The translations under genes and the position numbers were made by a program. A stretch of DNA of 17,083 nt, taken from the NCBI GenBank assembly GCA_965369865.1, contig CBDURU010000082.1, positions 1 through 17,083 of the forward strand, given 5' to 3'. This document shows, piece by piece, positions 1-6,839 of this stretch; within the stretch, counting starts at the first letter, position 1, and each line of letters begins with the position of its first letter. The notes under the pieces are model-generated. The model saw only the letters and a program-made list of their open reading frames with translations. It made no database searches and was not told where the DNA came from. This stretch comes from an uncultured bacterium. Its GTDB lineage: Bacteria; JAJVIF01; JAPKYR01.

Positions 1-55
1 TTTGAGGGGCCACCGGTCAGATTTCGCTCAGTCTGATGTTTTGAGGGGCCACCGG
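1..55. repeat. 39-bp tandem hairpin repeat, truncated by window start
   Basis: GAGGGGCCACCGG begins at 4 and 43 (period 39). The unit GAGGGGCCACCGGTCAGATTTCGCTCAGTCTGATGTTTT is identical to the units at 343-420. Confidence 0.95.
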
Positions 56-207
56 AAATGTTGGAGTTTACGTTTAGTGTAGGTTTTGGGCATGGCAATT
101 ATGTAACGGTTGGGAAAGGCGAAAACTGACATGAAAAATGCGGATTTGGTTTGTTTATTCTGCAAGGTCTTCAAACATCGGCTGGAGTCCGTCCTGTATC
201 GAGTATA

Positions 208-354
208 CGGTGGCCCCTCATAAAATCGGCCTGAGCGCCAGCGAAGGCAGATTTTAGAAGGGTTGTAGCAGACATAATTTAGAATAGAAGGTTTAGGGAC
301 CCTCCAAACATCCGACTTCGCTGGCGCTCAGTCGGATGTTTCGAGGGGCCACCG
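208..354. repeat. Inverted pair of 56-bp palindromic (REP-like) elements
   Basis: 208-263 matches the reverse complement of 299-354 at 46/56 positions, with a 35-nt spacer. Each copy is itself a stem-loop with a 12-nt loop (TCGCTGGCGCTC in the right copy). Confidence 0.9.
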
Positions 355-433
355 GTCAGATTTCGCTCAGTCTGATGTTTTGAGGGGCCACCGGTCAGAT
401 TTCGCTCAGTCTGATGTTTTGAGGGGCCACCGG
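343..433. repeat. 39-bp tandem repeat, about 2.3 copies
   Basis: GAGGGGCCACCGG starts at 343, 382 and 421. The intervening sequence is identical and contains the hairpin TCAGATT-tcgctc-AGTCTGA. Confidence 0.95.
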
Positions 434-480
434 TTAATAAGAAAACGACGGTCAAATAAATAAACCCGCGCTATATTAAT

Positions 481-536
481 AACAACACTCCCTTAACAAC
501 ACTCCCTTAACAACACTCCCTTAACAACACTCCCTT
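481..536. repeat. 14-bp tandem repeat x4 (VNTR)
   Basis: AACAACACTCCCTT exactly at 481, 495, 509 and 523. Confidence 0.97.
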
Positions 537-544
537 GGTATGGC

Positions 545-802
545 TTACCGATACACATCCTTCCTGTGGCCTACCTTAACTACCCAGACCGTTAAAACAT
601 CGTCCTGTATCGAGTATACGATTCGATATTTCCCCTGTCTTATTCGATACTGCTCCCTGCCGCTAAGTTTTTCGCATCCCGGTGGACGAGAATCACCGGC
701 AAGACCCTTAATTATTTTCATGATCTTTCTGAGGTCCTTCCTGGGGATCTTACCAAGATCCTTCCGGACAGATTCCCGAAAAAAGATTTTATAAGAGGCC
801 AT
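545..802 (-). CDS. Type II toxin, RelE/ParE superfamily (RelE/StbE-like)
   Basis: 85 aa, basic. Shows the RelE-like pattern KL.G...YRIR.G.YRIVYSI.D..L.V.VVKVGHRKDVYR and overlaps the 3' end of the upstream antitoxin gene. Confidence 0.93.
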   Translation of the reverse strand: MASYKIFFRESVRKDLGKIPRKDLRKIMKIIKGLAGDSRPPGCEKLSGREQYRIRQGKYRIVYSIQDDVLTVWVVKVGHRKDVYR

Positions 803-1022
803 CTTTCTTCAGCTTCTTTAACATGTCCCCATAACTGATAAGGCCTTCGCCGGCTCTTTCCTCGAATGCGGCAAGGTCTTCCGAGTCTTCGATCAGAATT
901 TCTTTAATCGCGTTGTTGATGAGATCGGAAATCGAGGTGGAAGTTTCTGCAGCTTTTATTTTTAACGCCCTGTGGAGAGTTGGGTCAATGTACACCGTTG
1001 TACGTTTCACTTGTGTTGACAT
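789..1022 (-). CDS. Ribbon-helix-helix (CopG-like) antitoxin
   Basis: 77 aa. N-terminal RHH pattern KRTTVYID..LHRALK.KAAE...SISDLIN.AI and an acidic C-terminal half. SD GAGGTG at 1033-1028. Directly upstream of the toxin. Confidence 0.88.
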   Translation of the reverse strand: MSTQVKRTTVYIDPTLHRALKIKAAETSTSISDLINNAIKEILIEDSEDLAAFEERAGEGLISYGDMLKKLKKDGLL

Positions 1023-1042
1023 AATTTCACCTCACTGTTGTC

Positions 1043-1076
1043 ATAACATTATAACATTATAACGTTTTTATGTCAA
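1043..1076 (-). promoter_or_regulatory. Sigma70 promoter of the TA operon with overlapping direct-repeat operator
   Basis: Minus strand TTGACA (1076-1071), 17 nt, TATAAT (1053-1048), with an extended -10 TG. Three 8-bp repeats ATAAC(A/G)TT at 1043, 1051 and 1059 overlap the -10 and spacer. Confidence 0.88.
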
Positions 1077-1153
1077 ATCAGACATCGCGTCATTGTCCTC
1101 TGGTTCATCATCGATGTCTCATAGTTCGGCAACGCTAAAACGCCATCCAACAA

Positions 1154-2371
1154 TCAAAATACCGCGGCTTCATGGATCAATTCGCCGGTATCGAAGCGTT
1201 CAAGTTTGAAAGCCGAAATATCCAGTGTCGATGTGACCCCATCAAGCAGAAGTTCGCTCATCGCGCATCCGACCGCCGGAGAGTGCATTAGCCCATGGCC
1301 GGAAAATCCGGTCGCGATGTACATTCCTTTCCCGACACCCGACGGTGAATCCGGAATTTCCCCGAGGATCGCGGAATGGTCAGGCGTCATCGCGTACGGA
1401 CCCGCCCACGCGTCGATCACGACAGCTTCCTCGAGCCTCGGCATAATATGAATGAGGTCGGGGATGATATTCTCGAGAAAGTCCCAGTCAGGCTCCTCAT
1501 TGTGGCCGGGAAGCTCATCGGGATTGATTTTCAGGAAAATAATGCCGCCCGACTCAGGACGGAAATGTGTCCCGGTGCAGACATCGAACGTAAACGGCGC
1601 TGTTTTCGGGAACCATGGCAGAGGTCCGGAAATATAAAGGGTTCTCCTGTATGGTTCAACCGGCACATTCACGCCGCATTTCTCCATGAATTCACCCGAC
1701 CACGATCCTGTCGCGACCAGGATTTTCTGAGCATTGATATCTCCATGCGCTGTTTTAACAATAAAATTGAAATTTGATTTGCTGTCGATTCCAGTAACTT
1801 CGCAGTCGGTGAAAATCCGGACGCCCATATTCCGGATCGAACTGTCAAGGCCGTTGACAATGTCACCCGGATCGACTACCCCATCCTCCGGCGAGAAATT
1901 CCCACCGAGGACATCATCGATATTATAATCTGGCAGGATCTCTTTGATCTCATCGGCGGTGACATGATGTACCACGTCCACTCCCTGCTTTTTCTGGAGC
2001 GCCATCGAATTATCAAGGGCCATGAGTTTCTCTTCCGATCGCGCAACAAAAAGGTAGCCGTATTCAAGGTACTGAAAATCGGGATTGATCTCAGGCGTGA
2101 ATCGTCGACGGTAAAAATCCTGAGAATATTTGGACATCCCGACATTTGCCTCGGTTGTAAACTGTGCACGGACGCCGCCCGCCGATTTCTGGGTAGCGCC
2201 TGCCCCGAGCAGCGACCGCATATCAAGGATGGCAATATCAGTCTCACCACGGGTAGCGCATTCCCACGCGGTGATAAGGCCCATCACACCGCCACCGACA
2301 ATTACGATCTTCGCATCTCCAGGTAAATTAATCACGGTAACATTGTAATCGAAAATACGTGCCGACCGCAT
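1154..2371 (-). CDS. FAD-dependent oxidoreductase, DAO / sarcosine oxidase beta / glycine oxidase family
   Basis: Dinucleotide-binding motif IVIVGGGVMG, GAT..SAGGVRAQF, WAG.YAMTPDH..ILG and ATGFSGHGLMHSPAVG. The true start may be GTG at 2335. Substrate cannot be assigned. Confidence 0.9.
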   Translation of the reverse strand: MRSARIFDYNVTVINLPGDAKIVIVGGGVMGLITAWECATRGETDIAILDMRSLLGAGATQKSAGGVRAQFTTEANVGMSKYSQDFYRRRFTPEINPDFQYLEYGYLFVARSEEKLMALDNSMALQKKQGVDVVHHVTADEIKEILPDYNIDDVLGGNFSPEDGVVDPGDIVNGLDSSIRNMGVRIFTDCEVTGIDSKSNFNFIVKTAHGDINAQKILVATGSWSGEFMEKCGVNVPVEPYRRTLYISGPLPWFPKTAPFTFDVCTGTHFRPESGGIIFLKINPDELPGHNEEPDWDFLENIIPDLIHIMPRLEEAVVIDAWAGPYAMTPDHSAILGEIPDSPSGVGKGMYIATGFSGHGLMHSPAVGCAMSELLLDGVTSTLDISAFKLERFDTGELIHEAAVF

Positions 2372-2467
2372 CCAGCAGACAAGAAAGTATCCCGGGATGG
2401 TAATTAAAAAGGCTTTGGGCTAAAATACTCATACTTAAATTCAGGCAGATCAAGGGGATGACGGCTT

Positions 2468-2995
2468 ATTAATATCAGGGACAAAATCACAATCATCAAG
2501 GGCGACATTATCCGGCAGGACACGGAAGCCATCGTAAACGCGGCCAACACGGATTTGATTCTCGGCAGCGGGGTGGCCGGTGCGATTCGTCAAGCGGACG
2601 ATGGCACAATCCAGGCGGAATGCAATCGTATAGGCAGGATCCGTCTTGGCGGTGCCGCAATAACTTCCGGCGGTGCGACCGGAATCAGATATGTAATCCA
2701 TGCGGCCGGGATGCATCAGGGTAGTTCGGCATCGGTGGACAGTGTCCGAATGGCGGTCCGGAACAGCCTTAAAAAAGCGAAGGGTAAGGAAATCAAGTCG
2801 GTTTCATTCCCTGCAATCGGAGCGGGGATCGGGGGTGTATCGATGGAAATATGTGCTGAAGTGTCAATTGAGGAGGTCAGGAACCACCTGGCAGGTGAGA
2901 CCAGTTTGAAAGAGGTCAGGTTCGTGCTTTTCGACAAAGAGGCGTTGAAGATATTTGAAGATATTTACGAGAAATTACTGCCATCGGGTGATTGA
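2468..2995 (+). CDS. Macrodomain protein (ADP-ribose binding, YmdB / O-acetyl-ADP-ribose deacetylase-like)
   Basis: The frame upstream of the listed TTG (2555) stays open and encodes KITIIKGDII..DTEAIVNAANTDL, followed by G.GVAGAI, VIHA and FPAIGAGIGG. Start placed tentatively at ATT 2468. Confidence 0.88.
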   Translation: MNIRDKITIIKGDIIRQDTEAIVNAANTDLILGSGVAGAIRQADDGTIQAECNRIGRIRLGGAAITSGGATGIRYVIHAAGMHQGSSASVDSVRMAVRNSLKKAKGKEIKSVSFPAIGAGIGGVSMEICAEVSIEEVRNHLAGETSLKEVRFVLFDKEALKIFEDIYEKLLPSGD

Positions 2996-3042
2996 GACCA
3001 ATACCGTTAAACAAAAATTGATTGGGCGTATTGAGAATTGAG

Positions 3043-3082
3043 GGGGACACCTGCTTTTCGACGGGCGAAAAGAGATGTCCCC
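3043..3082. other. Intergenic stem-loop between convergent genes
   Basis: GGGGACA (3043-3049) pairs with TGTCCCC (3076-3082) and CTTTTCG (3054-3060) with CGAAAAG (3066-3072). No U-tract follows. Confidence 0.6.
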
Positions 3083-3153
3083 GATTCGCGAGGCTGGAGC
3101 TCCGCGGTCCTAAAAGAAGTTTTATTTACTAAAATTTGTCTGAGTGCTAATGT

Positions 3154-3180
3154 AAAAAAACCCCCGGACAGGCCGGGGTT
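3154..3180 (-). terminator. Rho-independent terminator of the lipoprotein gene
   Basis: Minus strand AACCCCGG-cctgt-CCGGGGG-TTTTTTT, about 25 nt after the stop at 3205. Confidence 0.88.
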
Positions 3181-3204
3181 CTTGTGATTATTATCAATTC
3201 TCAT

Positions 3205-5526
3205 TTATTCAATTGAATAAGGCCAGATTACGATATCATCGAGGATCCAGCTGCGGAATCCATTGTAAAGCGCGTCACGAGTATCGAAGTCGAACCTGAG
3301 CCAGATTTCAGAGTTCCCACCATAGCTGGAGATATCGATAACCGAAGGTGACCAGATCGCGGCCTGATGGAAACCCGCAGAAGTGTAGGCTTTTGCCGAG
3401 TTACCGGTGTCAGGGATCGGTTCAGCGAGCGGATTCAGACGATCAAGGCGATTCCAGTGAAGGTCATCCGTAGAAATCAGGATGTCCAGGGCATCATACT
3501 GGATTGATGGGTCGACAGCTTCAATCTCCCACCAGCTCTGGAGGGCCAGAGTCAACTCGGAATATCCGCTGAGATCGATCGGGCCGGTCTTCGCCCAGCC
3601 CGCATTATAACCGTTGGAACTGTAGCCGCCAGCCATGGTGGAGCCATTCCATTCATCGATAAACGATCCAGAGTGAGTTGTTCCGGTTTCGTCCAGCTCC
3701 TCACCGTACCATAAGTATTGATGTCCTTCGTATGGGTCGGGCAAATAACCATCAGACAGGTCATCCGGGGGGAGCAGGCATATGCCATTAGTGTAGAAAA
3801 TGTCCTGAACCGGATTCGAAATCGGATCGTAAACCCGCCAGAGGATATCACTGTTGCGAGGAGTGTTGTGATAACTCGTGGTCCCATCTCCAGGCCATGA
3901 CATGCTGGTGCAGCTCTGGAAAGTCCAATCATGCTGTGTTCCAACGTTACTGGGGCCTGCTTCGAATGTCTCGCGCCAGACAGCATCGGCGGTTAATGGT
4001 GTCAGGTCGAAATCCACCTGTGGGGTGCTCTTGTCCTTCTGGCTTGGAATGTCAAAGAGATCTTCAGGGAGATAATCCGGGTGGTAAGCGTGAACTATCC
4101 AGTTACTCTGCTGGAATGTGGGGATAGCATAGAAACAGTAATGACCGTTCGCATCTGTTACCCTGGCCTGGATAACACCGCCTGTTTGCGGGCCGCCATC
4201 CAGTGTTGCCTGTGCACCGACGATCGGTTCGCCACCCTGGTTACTGCGTATGTGGCCGGAGATGGATGCCAAAGCCTCATCTGGATCATCAAGATACTTA
4301 GGCGCCAATCCGAAACAGATGTATACAACAGTGTCAGCCGGGACAATCGCGTCGTACAAGGTGTCCTGTGCGAAATATGAGCTTTGGATAGCCTGAACGT
4401 TATACGTTCCTGGAACGACAGTAGCGAAGTAGGTGCCATCCGTGATATTTATCGGCAGAGGACTTCCACCACCGCTTGTATTCGTAATATTCACAACTGA
4501 GCCGCTAATTGGCTGTTTAGTAAGTGCGTTGAACACCTCACCGGCGAGCGCACTGTCGCCGCCCGGGTCTGCGAATATCCTCGCGTAGTCGTTCAACGGT
4601 ATTGGTTCAGCTACGATATCTTCGGTGTAAGCCTCGATAAGGACCGGTGTAAGACCGGACCCGCCGCCGAACATGTTCTGGAAAGTCGCGGAATAGCTGA
4701 TACCATGGTCGCCGACCGTACTGCCGGGGGTCATCAGGATATCGGCGCCGGGAAGTGAAAAAATACCTCCGGTTCGGAGCCAGATTTCACCGTGGTCATC
4801 CTGGGAGTCGTGGACCACAAGGTCGACCGTAACCTCGCCCCCGCCGCCCGGAGGGAATTCACCCGTGATCTCGATATCGGAAATCATGTAAGGTTCCATG
4901 CACCGTGCCGGGAAACTGCACTCCAGGACATACCTTATCGGGTTTGGATTCTGGGCGACATACAGGTCGAAGAAATCGATATAATTCGCTGCGGGGAAGA
5001 ACGCACGATTGGGGTTCTGTTTCGCGATGGCTCGGAAGGGACTCGGGATTTCAGCGGGATTGAACAGCTTTGTGAAGTTATCCGGATCGACCATGTCATA
5101 AGTGCCGGAACCATCAAGCTCGATAATAAACCTGACATCATATACGATCTTGTTAGCTGGGTTCATAGTATGCATTTCAATGTTAAATATCCTGGTATTC
5201 GGGTCCCAGTTCTTAACAATGAATGAGAGACAGGCAGGACACCATTGCTGAATCCAGGTAACGTCGAGGTGGATATCTGCGGTCCGATTCGGGACCACTT
5301 CGATTGTCATGTCTTCCTCATTCAGGATGAGGACACCGGTTCCCAGAATACCAAAGGACCCGGAGTGGGCCTGTTTTTCAATGTCGGAGGGTGCATTCTC
5401 AGTAGTAGAATCAGATCCTGTTTCAGGGGTTACCGGATTCCCACCCCCACTTGAACAACCGAAAATCAGGACTAAAACAAATCCGAGAATAAGCATGTTC
5501 CAGGTACCGATCATAAGCCTATTCAT
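3205..5526 (-). CDS. Large multidomain lipoprotein with two carboxypeptidase-regulatory-like beta-sandwich repeats and a C-terminal jelly-roll-like domain
   Basis: Signal peptide with lipobox IFGC and G/S/P/T linker. SD AAGGAGG. Two repeats of type (L/I).G.(V/I)......PI.G..(V/A).(I/L)...G.Y. The C-terminal IDLSGY...ISTD...W...IDISSY...LRFDF...W.LDDI resembles MAM / immune-inhibitor-A-type domains. Confidence 0.75.
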   Translation of the reverse strand: MNRLMIGTWNMLILGFVLVLIFGCSSGGGNPVTPETGSDSTTENAPSDIEKQAHSGSFGILGTGVLILNEEDMTIEVVPNRTADIHLDVTWIQQWCPACLSFIVKNWDPNTRIFNIEMHTMNPANKIVYDVRFIIELDGSGTYDMVDPDNFTKLFNPAEIPSPFRAIAKQNPNRAFFPAANYIDFFDLYVAQNPNPIRYVLECSFPARCMEPYMISDIEITGEFPPGGGGEVTVDLVVHDSQDDHGEIWLRTGGIFSLPGADILMTPGSTVGDHGISYSATFQNMFGGGSGLTPVLIEAYTEDIVAEPIPLNDYARIFADPGGDSALAGEVFNALTKQPISGSVVNITNTSGGGSPLPINITDGTYFATVVPGTYNVQAIQSSYFAQDTLYDAIVPADTVVYICFGLAPKYLDDPDEALASISGHIRSNQGGEPIVGAQATLDGGPQTGGVIQARVTDANGHYCFYAIPTFQQSNWIVHAYHPDYLPEDLFDIPSQKDKSTPQVDFDLTPLTADAVWRETFEAGPSNVGTQHDWTFQSCTSMSWPGDGTTSYHNTPRNSDILWRVYDPISNPVQDIFYTNGICLLPPDDLSDGYLPDPYEGHQYLWYGEELDETGTTHSGSFIDEWNGSTMAGGYSSNGYNAGWAKTGPIDLSGYSELTLALQSWWEIEAVDPSIQYDALDILISTDDLHWNRLDRLNPLAEPIPDTGNSAKAYTSAGFHQAAIWSPSVIDISSYGGNSEIWLRFDFDTRDALYNGFRSWILDDIVIWPYSIE

Positions 5527-5711
5527 ATAGAACCTCCTTGCCGAGCTGATTGCATGAATAAAACAGCACGAGCAAATTGTTGTCTTTAAGTTGATTTTTA
5601 TTAAATTTAATCAGACCTTCCAGGCCTGTGATATTGTGCGTTAGAATCTCTATATTCTTGAGATGAAAGGAACACTTACCGGTGGGGGACCGCCAGTAAT
5701 CCTTATTTATG

Positions 5712-5740
5712 AGTATATTGGACGATCCTTAAAAAATCAA
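5712..5740 (-). promoter_or_regulatory. Candidate sigma70 promoter for the lipoprotein gene
   Basis: Minus strand TTGATT (5740-5735), 17 nt, TATACT (5717-5712). Confidence 0.55.
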
Positions 5741-5791
5741 GGCACAGATTCTACAAATATTCACGTAAAAAACGTGTTATTTTTATTGCCT

Positions 5792-6295
5792 TTATTCAGG
5801 AATGTTCTGACGTAACGCTTCGTACAGGGCTATGGCAACCGTATTTGACAGGTTTAAACTCCGGCGGTTTTCGAGCATAGGGATCGTCACCACGACACCC
5901 CGATCCGATTCCAGTAAGCTCCCAGGCAAGCCCGTTCGTTCGGATCCGAAAACCAGCAAATCACCGGGATCGAATTTAACATCCCAGTAACTCTTCCTCC
6001 CCTTAGTCGAAAAGAACCACATCCTGCGCCCGTCCATTTCTGTCTTGAAATCCTCCCAGCATTTGTGAACACGAACGTCAGCATGCTCCCAGTAGTCAAG
6101 CCCGGCGCGCTTTGCCAGACGGTCATCGAGCCTGAAACCAAGTGTCCCGACAAGGTGAAGAGGACAGCCGGAACACGCACATGTCCTGGCGATACTGCCG
6201 ACATTTAACGGTATTTCCGGTTCGAACAGCACAATTTCAAACGGGTGGACATCACGCTTCGATAGCCTGGGAGATTTTGATGGCGATTCAGTCAT
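5792..6295 (-). CDS. trmL: tRNA (cytidine/uridine(34)-2'-O)-methyltransferase, SPOUT family
   Basis: IVLFEPEIP.N.G.IARTCA, LHLV..LGF.LDD...KRAGLDYW, VFG.E..GLP and IPM....RSLNLSN.VAI.LYEALRQ. Confidence 0.95.
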   Translation of the reverse strand: MTESPSKSPRLSKRDVHPFEIVLFEPEIPLNVGSIARTCACSGCPLHLVGTLGFRLDDRLAKRAGLDYWEHADVRVHKCWEDFKTEMDGRRMWFFSTKGRKSYWDVKFDPGDLLVFGSERTGLPGSLLESDRGVVVTIPMLENRRSLNLSNTVAIALYEALRQNIPE

Positions 6296-6304
6296 ACAAG
6301 GGTT

Positions 6305-6754
6305 TTACCGTTTATACCTCCCAAGATAGTTAATCTTATCATCCTCTATCATATCGGAGGCCTCGAGTAATGGCAGGATTTCAGGCGGGAGCACCAACAG
6401 AGTTGAGATATCATCGGGTGATAACCATCTCGCGTCACCGATCCCCTCCTCGTAATTCACCTTGAAATTATCATTGCGCTCAAGTTTTCCGGTAAAAAAG
6501 AAATCAACGACATGCCGTCCGGGGATAATAAATTCACCAATCGCGACGAGACGATCAACCCGACATCCAACACCAAGCTCCTCCATGATCTCCCGCTCGA
6601 GGGATTTCTCGATTGGTTCCCCCCTGTCGACCCCGCCACCAGGGAGCACCCAGTAATTTCCATGATCCCTCAGATGCTGGAGCATGAGGATTTTGCCATT
6701 ATCGCGGGCGATCAATGCAACCCGCAGCCTGGGATTTTTGAATTCTTTGGTCAT
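6305..6754 (-). CDS. NUDIX hydrolase
   Basis: Nudix box WVLPGGGVDRGEPIEKSLEREIMEELG. Start moved to ATG 6754 (149 aa) because the longer ORF overlaps miaB antisense. Confidence 0.9.
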   Translation of the reverse strand: MTKEFKNPRLRVALIARDNGKILMLQHLRDHGNYWVLPGGGVDRGEPIEKSLEREIMEELGVGCRVDRLVAIGEFIIPGRHVVDFFFTGKLERNDNFKVNYEEGIGDARWLSPDDISTLLVLPPEILPLLEASDMIEDDKINYLGRYKR

Positions 6755-6839
6755 AAGTCGGTATTGAAAACCAGGTCCGGCCGGTTCTGAGAGATAGAAT
6801 TTGATTTTAATCTTAGCACAGCATTGGATATACTTTCTA

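Noticed and set aside
1..433. CRISPR array
   Set aside because: Units are head-to-tail identical with no unique regularly sized spacers, one copy is inverted, and no cas genes are present.
481..536. Plasmid iterons or replication origin
   Set aside because: No rep gene or DnaA-box cluster was seen, and the context is chromosomal.
545..2995. DarTG-like or other macrodomain defence system
   Set aside because: No ADP-ribosyltransferase or sirtuin gene is adjacent, the macrodomain is a stand-alone YmdB-like type, and the RelE toxin has its own antitoxin.
3007..3204. 65-aa minus-strand ORF following the lipoprotein gene
   Set aside because: Runs through the terminator and hairpin and has no recognisable protein features.
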